Shown: positions 11,001 to 25,755 of the stretch, one piece after another
How the letters are laid out: each line of letters opens with the position of its first letter
Numbering within the stretch: the first letter of the stretch is position 1
DNA from: Gnetum montanum
Lineage: Eukaryota; Plantae; Gnetophyta
Length of the DNA: 64,000 nucleotides
Assembly (NCBI GenBank): GCA_015680685.1
Contig: MNCI01001153.1
Coordinates: forward strand, 215,582 to 279,581
Reading direction: 5' to 3'
Made by a program: the position numbers and the translations under genes
The notes under the pieces: model-generated
The model's input: the letters and a program-made list of their open reading frames with translations, nothing else
Told to the model about the DNA's origin: nothing
Databases searched by the model: none

Positions 11001-14000
11001 TGTAATCATCCTAATATTATTAGCTCTGAAATCTATAAAAAATGAATTTTCCCTTAGGCATCATACTATCATTGTAAAAAATTATGCATGAGAACATTGA
11101 TAAATAAAATCCCTAAAAAATACTTAAGAAAAAATCATCATAATTGTTGAACTATGGCATGCATGAGCAAGTATGAATAAGGTAGAAATATTTAAATAAC
11201 TATCAAATATATTAAATTCATACCCAAAGTGGTTTCTCTTCCCCATGACTAAGGTACAAGATACCAAGCTTGAGCCATTGCTAGAACATTAAGAACAAAA
11301 AAATCCAAGATAAATGCATGAAAAAATATTACCAATCTACTTGCAAGATGAAAAATTTTATAGAGTTTTGCTTGTTTTTGCCAATTGGAATAAGGAATAA
11401 AAAAAGACAAAATTGACAAAGTGGTGAATATTTTGCACCTACCACTATATATAGAAGGCTATTAATGCAGGGAAGGATGTACTAGCGTAAGGGTGCCAAC
11501 ACCCCTTTGCTAATGTGAGGATGCATCAAAGCATCCTTCCAACCAAGGAAAAACTACCAAATTTTATCCACTATACCTTCAATAAATATTTTTCCATCAC
11601 TAGCATTGTACAAGATCTGTATCATTCTAGAATCATCAAGAATCAACTATGCAAGGCATGCAAGGAGCAAAACAAGAAGAGCATTATAAACTTACCTTGG
11701 AGATGGATCATGGGAAATAAGTTTACTGATCTATTTATGCAATTCCATGAATCCAAGAGCAAAAATAGAGGTTAGAATAATAGGAGAATGATTATAGCAT
11801 GAAAAAATAAGCACAATTAAGATGGATCAATAGAGTTTATCATGGTCAAATCTTGAAGTACAAAGAGGTGATACCTACACAAGTGAAAGACCAATCAATT
11901 GTATTATGCAATGCAAGCCTTACCAACACTAGAAGATAAGCTTTGTGTAGCTACATATGATGCCAAACAATCAAGATTCACAAGTGAGTCCTTCTCAAAG
12001 TAGCCACTTACCTTCATTGTTCTCATGAAACCTATTGATGAGACACCTATGAAATCTCAACAACCAATTAGACATTAGCATTAAATGGGGGTTAATATCC
12101 TTGGATGGCTAGATCTTATCCTCTGCTTAATCAACCTCCTACCATATACAAACATGGATAGGAATGAAATAGAAGAGGTGGAGAACTAATAATGGATAAA
12201 ATAGAGAAAAGAAAAGATCTATTACTACATCCTTTTGGTGCTACTCATCCACATAATAAGAATTGATCCCTAGGTCTCCCTTCCAAGTTCATAGTCATAC
12301 CAACCACATCTGTTGTCATCTAGACTTGATTGTGCAATGGTCTAACCATTGGCATGAACCAAACCGAGGCAACATGCCATAAAACATCTAGAAGTTAAGA
12401 TTCTAGTTTGGTTTTTCTTCATCCATGGACATATGCATGGCAAGTTTCCCCAACTTTTACTCTACTAAAAAGCTTTGATTGGTTTCCTTAGATTCACTAA
12501 TGATCCCACATCCCTAAAAAAATCATGATATCATAACCATCAAGAGAAAATTTTTTAAGTTCAAATTTGGTCAAGGCTTGGGTCAAGGATAAAGAGTGTT
12601 GACCCAAAGAACAAATGATTAGGGACTTGGGTAGAAGTAGCAATTAATATTATAAATGCTCACAAAGAAAGCGAATTTCATAGATTTGTGGCTATGGCTA
12701 GGGATGAGCAAGAGATTATCTTGAACTACAACATTATGAGAGGCCAAGTAATCTAGACAAGGGCTTGAACATGAGAAAGTTTTGCATAGACATAGGTTCA
12801 ACCACTCGCTTGACTTAGGAATGAGCAACTATGAGATCAGTTTGAATGGAAAACATATTAATTTGTATAATTAATAAGCTTAAAAGTACATTGTTCTTTC
12901 TATCACCTCTTCACTTTTTTTCTTTTCTTTTTCTTTTTAAATTTTGTTTTTTTTTTCATAAGAAGAAGGTTTAATGAAGCATAGGAATCATGGTAACAAT
13001 TGAGGTGCTAGATTACCACCTAGAGTCTTTGACTTGTATAAACATGAGAATTCATCCCCTACTACATGGTACACATAGGTTCATGACATCACAAACCTCT
13101 TATAACTAGGATGGCTAGGCAAGCCACCATATCCACCTTGGTCTAATCACGTTAATTAGACCCATCCAATGATCATAAGGATCCTCAATGATACAACCTT
13201 TTCATACTAGTGATAGGGAAGTTATCCAGGATTCCAAAGCTCACCCTATAATGTGAATCCATTACTTGTCCATGATTCCAATAGCATTGGCTTTACAACT
13301 CATAGTGTAAGCCCTAGCTCCCTATTGATTTTGAGCCTAGTTCACTAGTGAAGGATAGAAGAAAGATGGATAGATGAATATTTGCATGGGCATTCTATCA
13401 ATCAAAGGTCAACATTGGATCCATTTGATGCTCTTATATCATCCTCACATATATAGCTTATCCATAAAAATTGGCTTCTTGAATGATTATATATTAAGCA
13501 CCTAAGTTGGTTTTCACACATGCACACACACATAAAAAACAATCCAAAAGAAAAGAAAATCTTATGATTAAATATCCATTGAGCTTAATAAGAAAAATAT
13601 TATAACTAAACACACCGATTTTTATTAATTACATAAAAAATAGAAAGAAAATAACATTTTGACATGCTATAAAGAATTTCTCCTCATGACTAATCCATCT
13701 CTATCACCTGGAAAGCCTCTAAGTGATAAATTAAATGTTAAGCACAGTCATACATGAAGGATGTTCATTATAGTACACCAGGTATTACCTAAAAGATGCT
13801 TGATATAGCTCATTTGAATGGCTTATGGCCTTGCAATAGGACTAAGAAGGATCACAGGATATTCTCTTATTGTTCATCCTTTTAGTCTCATCCCTTCTAT
13901 TGATCTCAAGATGTGAATTACACAAGCCTACCTTATTCCATGTATTGCAACAGAGTAAAATGTAATCCTATCACTAACATCTATCATGTCAATGATGTTC

Positions 14001-14900
14001 ATAAGACTACAACAACATAATGCACTTGCAGGTAGTCTTTGGTTAGTGCTACACTAACATCAATATCATAGTTTTAAGCACTTAAGTTCTCTATTTGGTG
14101 ACTATTTATGGATTGTGGATTACATTAGGCTCTTTGTTCCTAGGGATTCCTACACTTTTTGACAAAGCAAGTCAATGTGCATCACTTCACTGATCCAAGG
14201 CTTTGTGCTCATTCTCATGCAACTAAAATCCTATTGTGTTTTGGAACCTTCTATCATTTCCACTTCCCAATGGGTAGTTTAGAACTTGGGAAGAAAGGAA
14301 GTCTAAGTTTTCTTAATGTCTTAGCCACTAAGTGAGATGATTTAGACACTATTTTTTCTCATTTATAAAAATGTTGATGCTTTCATTCATTTGTTCTTAT
14401 GATACAACAAGATGGAGGATGCTAAGAGACTAATGAATATGAATAGTTTGATAGAACTATACTTCATAAGGTCAAAAAAAAGGTACCCAAGTGAGTATCA
14501 CAAGAAGGACTAGAGTAGGTAGAACAGGGGTAGGGTGGGGGGGATGGAAACAATTCTTCATCTCTCGAGTTTCTACTAATCAAAAACATTGATGTACATA
14601 GCCCAAAACTATTATTAGACCCTAATAAAGCCAAAATTCCATCTTCTAATGTTTCCCCATTTTCTCTTGATTTCCTTGACCAGTTTAGGCCCCTTCAAGT
14701 TGAAGAAGAGGCCCTAAACTATGAGTTGTATCTCAATAAATAGTTTTTCCTTACCAATGGTCCAATAGTCTCAACACAAGGATTTGTTGAAGGAAGTTTG
14801 CCAATTAGAATTCCATTCAAGCAAGCTTGTAAAAGTAGTAGTCTACCTTACTAATAACATGAGAAGCTCTATTCAAAGCTAAGTAGTCCTAACTTGATAT
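8060..14900. mobile_element. Highly degenerate retroelement-derived sequence, possibly an Athila-like internal/ORF2 region on the minus strand
   Basis: CpG-depleted, stop-riddled, with Glu/Lys-rich remnants on the minus strand at ~8.3-11 kb. No clear diagnostic motif. Confidence 0.3.
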
Positions 14901-16707
14901 GTCTCTTACTTTATTGTTAGTGGATGTGGTTTTGAAGGTTGTTCCTAAGAAGTGTCATTTTTTGTTACAAAAATTTAATGAGAATTAATACTTTCCTTTT
15001 ACTTACATTATCATTCTATTGTCTACTACTTTAATATATTTTATTCACTATCCAATATTGAAGTTTATTACCATATGAATTTGTTCACATTGCATCCTAG
15101 TTTATTTTTAGTTTGCTCATATCTATGAAATGTTTACTTTTACATATTAATCATAATGAATCCATAATGTTAAAAGTTAAACATCACCTTGCCCTCACTA
15201 GCTATGACCTTTTTTGGGTAACTATATTCATTTAGAATATTCCCTAGGTAATAGTCTCTTTAACAAGTTTTCAAAGGATGTTGGTGTGTAACCAAAATTC
15301 TTTCATTAGCTATAGCCCCTTAGAAATTCTATATGAAGGTAAAAAACACCTCTACTTGTCCTAGGTATGGATATTGAATAGCTTTCATGCCTTCAATCCT
15401 ATCATACTTTCATAAACCTCTAAGATCTTGGTGAATCACATGATGTAAGCTAGTCTAATTGCCTCCAACAATCTAGTTTCCAACGTATCTACAATGCAGC
15501 CATAATCAAAAGAAATAAAATATTTAACTTGATGATCCTACCATATAATTTTTCACACCATCTAAGCAACTCCTTTAACATTAAAAATATTTCCTTTCAC
15601 CATATTTTAAAAGTAAGTTATTATACAAAACATCAAAAAATTGCTTCTTATTAGGTGGAAGTAAGAAGGTAGTTGTTAATGTGTCATGATCAATATAAAT
15701 ATTGTAGAAATACATCCCATCATTAATTTAAATGACTTTAAGAACATATGGAATGTTAAATAATCTTTTCTTGTCCATTGAGTATACCCTAATTTTTTTC
15801 AAATTGTTTCATCCTTCAATGGGAATCTAGCCTAAAGTAGTAGTAGAAGGTACCTACATGCCCAAGTCAAAAATGTAATTGCAATTTTGTAATGCTTAAA
15901 ACATGCATGCAGGAAATTTTTCTAGTACATTGTGTTAGTTCATTCATGTAGTGGATCATTGTGCAATTAGAGTAAAACTTTTATACTTATTCTGGATAGG
16001 GAAACATGACCATATGGTTTTGCTATGGTTGAAAATAATGTCTTGCTCTTTGGCAAGATAATGCAAGACCATTGAAACTGCATTGCTCAAACCCTAAACC
16101 CTACAATGATTATCAAATTTTATATCCTATCACTGTATTAACAAAATATGTATGGAGTAGATGAGATTAATTAACCTATATTAAATAATCCTAGTATCCT
16201 CTATCATGATCACAAGATATTAGAAAACACTATGAAAAAACGTTAACCTAGCCCTAAACATTTATACTATCTTGGAAAAGCAGTAAAAAACATAAAATTT
16301 TCCAATCAATAATAACTTATACATAATGACCTACAATAATATATGCAATCACTAAACTTGTCTACAAACTAACATTTAATCCAAGGCTATGCTTAGCATA
16401 ACCAAAAAATAAGAATACCCAAATATTACTATCTTGAAAAAATAAACCATGAATCATTTTCAAGAAATTTGCTTAATCAAAAGATTTTGAAAAATATGAA
16501 TGCATTCAAATAAATAATATGAAGAAAGTGAACATGAAATAATGTTTAAAAAATCCACCTACCTTACAATGCATTAAGAGATACCAGACAATGAATGTGA
16601 GCTCACAACCTTAGAATACCTTTGGAAATGACAACACATTAAGCTATGATATGCATCATAGTGATTGCAATAATGAGATTTTAGTTTTTTTAAAAAATAA
16701 TTATTTA

Positions 16708-19700
16708 TGTAACAATGTTGCCTGATGTTGTTTGATACCCCAAGGAATTCCCTTAGATCTAATGGACTTGGTATGGAAGACCAATATACTACACCTCCAG
16801 GAGAATAAGGTAACCATTTTAATAACCTAGAAGGAAACATGAAATATATCCAAATATCTTATATATTACATATACACCTCTAGGGGAACATCTACAACTC
16901 TAAATAAGAACTAGCAAAAAAGTACACAAACAACCCTATAAACATCATTGGTAGGAGGATGATGATGTATCTAGAGTAGGCATCTCATTTGTAGATCCCT
17001 CATGATTTGGTATAAGGTTCAATGTAGTGTGACACCTAGACTATCCAATTGAGGCTACCTATATATCTATGACCACTACAGAATCATGCCCTATGTATTT
17101 TTACAAGTGTAAGGGTAAGATAAAGAGGACTACGAAGGGGATAATAGAGTGGAGAACTATTATTTCTTGAAGCTACCAAGCCATAGTGGAGAACTAGAGT
17201 GTTATGCATAGATACCTTAGAGTATTTCATGATCCTTGAATCATTGGGAGTAACTAGGGAAACCTCCTAATCCTAAGACCTCTCTCATAATTCTTATTCA
17301 CATAAAAGAAGTGGCATCCTTGGAGTGGAGTCTAAGATAAACTTAGAATGTATACTTCTTGTATAGGTTTAAACTTCATGAAATACAGGAAGACATCTCA
17401 ACTTAGATGATGCTAGGATTGAAGGAAGGTACCAATCCTAAAGATCTCATATGTCCTTCCAATCAAGGCCTTAGATGAAATGTGAAGAACACTTGGTGAT
17501 ATTCAAAAACCATCCCTACTCCATTACAAGAGGGATAATACTAACCCAAAGGACCAACATTACTAAGGCATCCCTTAGATTTATTTCTTTAGCAACTCTA
17601 AGAAAGTCATCATCTTGCATTGTCCCATGTACTCTTCTCTTACAAGTCCATCCATGTACCTTTTGAATGGCTTCTTAACATCCATTAATAACTAGATATT
17701 TTTTTGTATATTTAGTTGAAGGATTGTCAAGATTTATTATGAGCCCTATTAATGGACTTGCAATACCTCTTCGCAAAGAAAACATGCTCTATGAAAGCCA
17801 TGTCTCATAAGCAAACTCAAATCTTTCCAAAAAACTAAGTTCTACTTTTGGCTTTGAGACCCATGGGGTCTCACTTGTCCAACCATCTATATGCTAGCTA
17901 ACCATGTGCACATCATAACTAGTACTTTATTTTATTTTTTTATTCAAAGTCATGCTAATAGGAAGAAGGATACATGAATTTCTCCCTCCAAATAAGATTC
18001 AAAGGTAGATCAATATATTCTGATGTTATCATTTGCAATTGAACCAGTATCACTAACCATTCTACCATCATGGGACAACATATCCTCATATGTAAGGCAA
18101 AGGGAGAAGACCCCAAATTTTTCTTTGAAAACTTCTATAAGATACAAAAGAGGCATTCCATACACTTGTGAGTATTTAAAACTATCAAGTATGTCCAACA
18201 TCAAGTTTACCTCCTCAAATATTGGAGTAAGCTAAGAATGGATAAAAAAACTAGCCCTAAGACAATCCTCTTCTCACATCATCCATTACAACATTTGTGC
18301 CCATTTATAGGAAGAATTAGATAAATTCTCCTAATATATCATGATTTCCATGTCATGGAAAATGGGATAAGCATCATTCTTTGGTAACTTATATTAAAGG
18401 AAAGAACTTAGAATGCCCTTGAGAATAAATTCTATCACAAATACTTAGGGAACATATAGGTTCCCACAATCAATATCTCTTGCCAAGCCAAGAGTATCCA
18501 AACATCATAATGGATGATATGAAATTCATGTTTCTATCAAATGAGGGATATCCTCACTATGAGGTTTCTCTTTCAAAGTAATTCCATAATCTAATCTACA
18601 TCAAAGCCATCATATAGACCAATGAAGGTCACCAAGCAAACATAGCCATAACACATGACTAATAGCTATTATGGGAAGACATGAATTATAGGTTGTACCC
18701 AACATTTTTTCCAACATCAAGGACTAATAGTAAGATGGTAAAGTATCCATCACTAAAGCTATCACAAGAGATATTCACATCTCACCACATAAGGTCCTAA
18801 TCAACAATTCATAACACACAAGCCCATACACCTAAAACATCTGATATGGACAAGGCCTCACTGCTACTTTTTTTTATCATATATGATCCAAATTAGAAGG
18901 ATAATTAATTGATAAATATTCATTAGGAGGGCTAGGTCCTTAAGAAATCTTAGTAGTACATTGAAGAAGGAATAGCCATCACCAATCACCTAACCTGTAC
19001 CTTCTACTATCCATCTGCTTAAGGTTTCTAATAGAAACGTTTCACCAAAGGGATCTTCGACTAATTAAAGAAGTTCATTTGGAACAATAAAACTAAAAGA
19101 GATTTGATCAAACCATACCTTTCTTGAAAATTTTCAAGGGCATGAAACCTGCTTCATCCACTATGCCTACAAAGAAATTCATACATTTATGCACTATAAT
19201 CATATCCTATCTATATTATAGTTACAAGAATTCTAGCACTTGGAACCAAAATTTGAATATAGCCCAAACATTATCTACATTATGAATCCTCAAAGGAACT
19301 ATTGTCTCAACCAAATCAATTAAGAATATAGCAATAATTGAGAAATTTATGCATGAGAAAAAATAAGCCATGTCATTAGTCTAGAGATTCAATAGCACAA
19401 ATAGAACACTATTAACACTAGCACACTTGTAGAGATGTTTACATAAAAATCATCTAGCATTCCTAAGAGAGAAGGGATCATACACAATAATCCAAATTGA
19501 GCCAAAAGCCCCAAATCATGAGGGTTCTATCTTAAGAATTCAACCTACATGTGAAGGATAATGAGGTAAGACCTCTAAGAGAAGCCAACAATCAAAGGAG
19601 TTGTAGCATCATTTGTGCATGGGTGAACCATCATTCCATGACTTGCAATGCTATCCTAAAGACCACATCTATCCAAGGGAGAGGAATCCTAAGCACCAAC

Positions 19701-22700
19701 ACCCAAGAATCATATTTGCACCAAGGTTAGTCATAAAACCAACATTCAAGAACCTACCATTCATTCTATTAGTGCATTACCTTGTTGAGACCCATGAACA
19801 TCAAGAATAACCTACTATTATGATCATGATCAATGTACAAATGGATTGAAATTTTTCTAAGATTGATCACTATTCATAAGTAAATAAGATAACTACAAAC
19901 ATAGGACCCTTAAGAAAGAGTTTGAGATCTAATCACATCATCAAGATACTCTTGATCATCAAGGGTGCTTGCCATCAGGATATATCATTAGGACACATCA
20001 ATATCATAAAAATATGCTAACCACTAATTTTCATGAAAATCATGGCTTAGAAAATGTGGTAGTCTCCAAAATATGATACTAACAACAAGGTAGAATTAGC
20101 CATAGAGCTTTGGGAGGTCTCATATTGGGATGGAGACTGATCATCATGCATAAAAATGTGCTAATCACAATAAAGTCTAGCTATATAGGGAACACAATTC
20201 ACTAAACTTGGCCTTATTATAACGTGTAGCACAAGCATATAACAAGAGGACACAAGAGCCCACAAGGACATCAAACCACTAATACTTCTTAGTACATGAA
20301 CTAATAATAACAATTATATTATATTAATGTAGTAGAACATACATAGAATAATGAATAAATTTGGTAGGCATAACATATAATAATAGGAACTGCTACCTAG
20401 GCCTACTAGGCTAAAGAATGTACTATCTCAACTTATTCTAAGGCTAAAGTTTTCAACCATTAGAAGTAAAACCAAACCTACATCATTCTAATCTAAAAAC
20501 CTATCTCTATACACATACTATCAACTATAATATTAATATCATTGAAATCTACCATTGAAACTAGCGGAGCAGAATGTAAATACAATGAACGAGCAACATA
20601 AAAGAACCATTTTAAGACCCATAATATACCATGGTGGGATCTCAAGGCATCACACACACCTTGGCCATTAGTTAATGATAAGGCAAAGGATACTATTCCA
20701 TGCCTTCTACTCATCCAAATATCTAAATGGATTCGAAACTGACCATAGTCCTTTGTTAGTGCTTACTCAAAGCATCGAGAAGCAAATAAATCATGATGCA
20801 CAAACTATTTCATTATAACATTGGTATTGATAATCAACATCCCAATTGCATGGATATTATATGAAGTAATCAATTCATTGATGTTTCAAGAGCATCTATC
20901 TTTCCCCAAGGGCATAGTCTCATAGAATTCACCAAGGTTCTCACTATCTCAAGATCTCCATACATGTGCTACTTGTAAGACTAAGATAATAACTTAAAAA
21001 TAAAATAGTTAGCATTGGTTACATGCAACACATCCATCATAGAATGCATTCATAAAACATGATCAAAGACAAGAGGAGATATAATAATCTTAAAATGCTA
21101 TAGACAGTAGGTCTCGACTACATGCATACAAATTAAACATGAAAAATCCATATGAGAAACTTAGATACACTCACACAAAAGAAACAACCATCAAGTGCAT
21201 CAACTAGGTTGAACTAAAATACCTATAAAAATCTAGAAATCTACAATCAACAAGGGTACCTAGCTAAAAACACCTATCATCATTAAGGACCAAGATCTCA
21301 ATAAAACCACAAGAGGGAATAGGTAGAAAAATTCATAACCTTATTTAATAATAATTAGAGGATGACTGAGATAAGATCACAATAGGTTTTAATAATAAGA
21401 AATCTCAATATGCACATCCAAATCTATCATCAAAGAGGATGTGATCTCTAAAGAAGATACTCAACATGAGAGGTGAGATCGTGAAATAAAACAAAATTTA
21501 GGAAGCATCTACCTCAAAAAGGTCTCAAAAACATTAGCTCAAATAAAATGTCTTAAGGTAATATCAAAATCTAAAGGAGTGATATCACAAAGCCTAGGTC
21601 CAAACACATACAAGCCTTAAGGAGGAAACAAAAATCAAAAGATCCATAACAAGGGTAGTTAAACTTGAATCACAAGAGGATATTAAAGTAAGGATGAAAA
21701 TAAAACTAGTTTAGAAGAAATACATAAGACCTCTATATGCATCCTCGTAAATCAGCCATACAACCAACCAAAGTAATCCACAACACCCCATCTAAGCCAT
21801 GGGAAATATGAGCAAGATCCAAAGAAAGAGGAACATGCATAAGGAACTTGAAACACAATAGAAAAAAAATACTTGCACACACAACTAGGAAAACATACAA
21901 TTTCAAGAACGAATTTACATTAGTTTGTTGGTGATGATATTTGTTCATCCAAACTAAAGTTCATAAGGAGCACATGACCAAAGGCCCTCCATCCCAAGGT
22001 ACTTAGGAAAAATTATGGTCTAGTAGGTAAATCCCACACTTACTATACCCAAGATAAGTGAGGTTGCAAAGATACCACATCTTGCACATACCAATAACTA
22101 CCATTTCAAATTTTTTTATTTGAGTGGAGACTAAAGCAAAGACCAGGTCCAATTCATCCTAGATGAACCATTGAAGAGAAAAGATGGAAAGCTTCTTAAA
22201 TAACATTCCATCAGCCACATTGAAATGTAACCATAGCTTGTCCACTCATTAATGAAGACCTAGTGGAGGAAATCCTAATGAGCATAACCAAGCCTATTCG
22301 AAGATAAGTCCAAACAACATAGGCTATAAGCATCAAAGGAATAACTCCACATATGAAAAATGATTGGGTACTTACCAGAAGGATAATCCAATGGTAGATA
22401 TAAGAGGTAAAATTGATATCATCTAATATTAATAATGATATCCAACTAGAAGGACCATAGATAAGAAACCTTAAGGCCATAATACCATGGGAGGATGTCA
22501 CACTTATTATAACACATGAAAGGATACTCTGATACCATTTGTAATAACATTACGCCAACATTATCCATCACCCTAAGGAATATTCTTAAATCCAATGGAC
22601 CTAGGGGGGAGGACCTAGAGACTACACCTCCAAGAAACTAAGGCAACAACTTCAATGACTTAGAAGAAAGTATGCAACCTACCCAAATCTCATAGATTGA

Positions 22701-23112
22701 GTATACACCTATAGGAGAACATCTACAACTTCAATCAAGGACTAGCAAGTGGGACACAAACAACCCTATATACATCATTAGTAAGAAGATGATGATGTAT
22801 CTATTGGAGGTGCCTCATCATGATCTAGTACAAGATTCATCATGATGCTACACTTAGACTATCCAATGCAAGTTTCTTACATATTTACAACCACCACAAA
22901 ATCAAGCCTCATGTAGTTCTACGATTAAGAGGGTAAGATGAGGAGAACTAAAAAAGGAAAAAATAGAGTGAATCCCTATTGTTTTTTGGAACTTTCATGT
23001 CGGAATGGAGTTTTCAATACTTGAGTACCATGTACAAACATCTTAGAGTATTCCATGGTCCCCAAACCATGGAAATAAACTAGGGAAACCCTTAACTTTG
23101 AGACCTATCTTA
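16708..23112 (-). mobile_element. Ancient Ty3/gypsy LTR retrotransposon
   Basis: Diverged direct LTRs at 16708-17287 and 22540-23112. tRNA-Met-type PBS TGGTATCAGAG on the minus strand at ~22527-22537. Remnants resemble the integrase C-terminus (PVFH..KKY, ~17350-17400) and the RT catalytic region (FYDI, ~20000). Confidence 0.75.
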
Positions 23113-23779
23113 AAAATTAGGGCTCTTTTACTTTTACCATACCATAATTTTGTTGCATGGGTTTTTAGCCATACTAAAAAGAGTGACCTTTATTTATTTT
23201 ATGTTTAATATTAATTGCATTTTATTTCATCTAATTTTTTATTTCATCCACACACCTACCTTTCTCAAAAATTTTAATTCTACAACCTACTAAAATAAGC
23301 TATGGAGACAATCATAAATTGTGCCCATTAGCAAAGCTATCATGTGTAGTGATTACATGCACTATTGTTAGACTTTCATGTGCTATCAATGAACATGATA
23401 TTATCCATACTTCGTGGTAGTGTTGTAAATTATTTGGCCACTTTGCCCAAGAGGATAACCTCGATTATGAAAACACTAGCTCATAGCTCTTCCATTTTAG
23501 CTAGCAAATATAACAGTTTTTAAAAAATTAAATATCATTAAGTCTATCCCTATATCAATGTCAATGCTTATGCTTGCTATGGATGTGTTTTAACCTAACT
23601 TGCAAATACCTTGAATAACTAACATTTTAAAATGGATAAATTATGATATCTTTGAGGTGTATACATGAAATCCATGATCTTTTTTTTTTTTTGAAAACTA
23701 TTATCATCATAATGTTTTTTCATCTAATAATTTGACATTATAGGATGACTTTTAGATATGAATTAAATTTACATACCAA

Positions 23780-24077
23780 TGTCAATAGGTATGCATTAGA
23801 TCAACATGGTAATAGAAATACTAGATTAGACCATGGTAATGTAATCTAACTTAAGCTCTTATTCATAAGACATTTAAGCATATGGGCATCATGGAATGAT
23901 AACCAATATATGTAATTTGGAAGTATCTCCATCATGCCTTAACTACCATGTATTCACATGCATGATATCATACATAATTGTCCACACATACCAATGTTAA
24001 CAACTACACATTAGATCAATAGTGGATCAAACCATGATAATACAATCCAACTCAAGCCCTTGGTCATAAAGCTATTT
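23780..24077. repeat. ~200-bp tandem duplication whose second unit is split by the 24078-42693 element and resumes at 42694
   Basis: catttaagcatatgggcatcatg(g/a)aatgataaccaatatatg occurs at ~23871 and again at 42694. Confidence 0.75.
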
Positions 24078-25755
24078 TTAATGGCATTTCTCTAACAAAG
24101 TACTATTCAATACCATTCCTAAGTCAAAAATTAGCCAAAAAACCTAGAAAGAACCTAAGATTGACTAAACCTTAATAGTCATAAGACCTACACACATAGC
24201 ATAAGCACATACCACCTATTAGTCCATGAGTTAGGAGCACATCGAGTATGCTACATGAAACCATATAAGTGACATGACCAACATGACATAAATAAGTAAT
24301 TACCACAATAAGCATGCACAACCATAAGATTTAGCATTCCCCTAGAAAAGCTAAAACATGTTCCTACTCTAATGTATCTAGCCCTAAGACCTGCTCTTAA
24401 AGAGGAGGATGGTAGCCTAAGCATCAAAGCCAAAAATCCTATGTAATCCTACATACCCTTATGATTAAGTAGACAAAGAAATCAAGGCTAGTGTAGTTCT
24501 TTAATAATGGTCATAAGCATGAAACCCATGAAGATACCCATACTCCTTTGGATCTAATTCTAGAGGGAAATAGTCTTTGATCTATTAACAAGGCATGTTT
24601 TCATACATTTTCCCCTACTTGAAGGAAGTGACGTTCTCAGAGCCAAATTCTTTATCCATACATCTCTTCAAATGTGAAAAGAATAATGGATATCAAGGGT
24701 ATTAAACAACTTAAAACTCATTTGAAAATTGTACGTAAGAGCATTCAATAACTAGGATAATCCATCATAAAGCATGAAAGTTGAACTCAACTTAACATCC
24801 ATTCAAGGCCTAGATATGCTCATGTAACCCATGTTAAGGAAAAACATGCTTGTCCCTTTTCATGCAAATTGGACCAACCTTTCTACCTAGAACATGATTC
24901 ACTTCAAATATGAATCTTTTCCTATACTTGTTGAAACACCATAGAAATCGCGAATCGGCCTCAGGCGAAGATTCGTGATTCGGGCGGAAGTTTGCGACAG
25001 CAATTCAGAACACAGAACAAAGCAAAGAGGTGCGGAGCATCAAGTCTTCGAGTTTCTCACAGATTTTAAACTTACTTTGTTTTCTCTCTTTACGCTACAT
25101 TACACAACATAGCGTAGCGTCGCTCAGCGTAATTCTGTTTAGCGTAGCCCGATATCAGAAAGCAACTAACTTCGGTAGTCTTGACGAAGTTTAAAGTTTA
25201 AAACTTGTCGCATATTCGGCTAAGTCTTTTGCTCAAGGCTGAAGTTTATGCTCCGTTACGCAGAGCAACATAACGAGCTTTAAAGAAAAACAAAGTCAAA
25301 GTACAAAGAAGAGCTGTAGACTGATTTCTTTTCTTTGCAGATTGGTCGCTTTATGCTTATTACGCTATGCAGCATGGGCAAGCGTAATTCGTTGTAAACT
25401 TGACCATTTTTTATGCTCTATTACGCTTTGTCGTGTAAATAAGTGTGAAACAGCTGGCATCAACTACTCCCATGCTCTATTACTCTCCGCCACGTGACGC
25501 AGCGTAAACGAGTGTAACACAGCATAAAGCCGGTTAAAGCAATTATGCATTTGCTATCCACACACATAATATGCTGATAAGCGTATTGTGTGTAATCATG
25601 AAGCAGCTTCAACAAAAGTGTCAACAACGCACATTGCAATATGATGTGACATAGCTAGTTTCAACATAAAGTTGGTCAAGTCAATGACATTTTGAAGGTT
25701 CGAGACACGTGTCGTCAGGGCCATGCTTTCTCCATATGTTGTCGAACTTATAAAT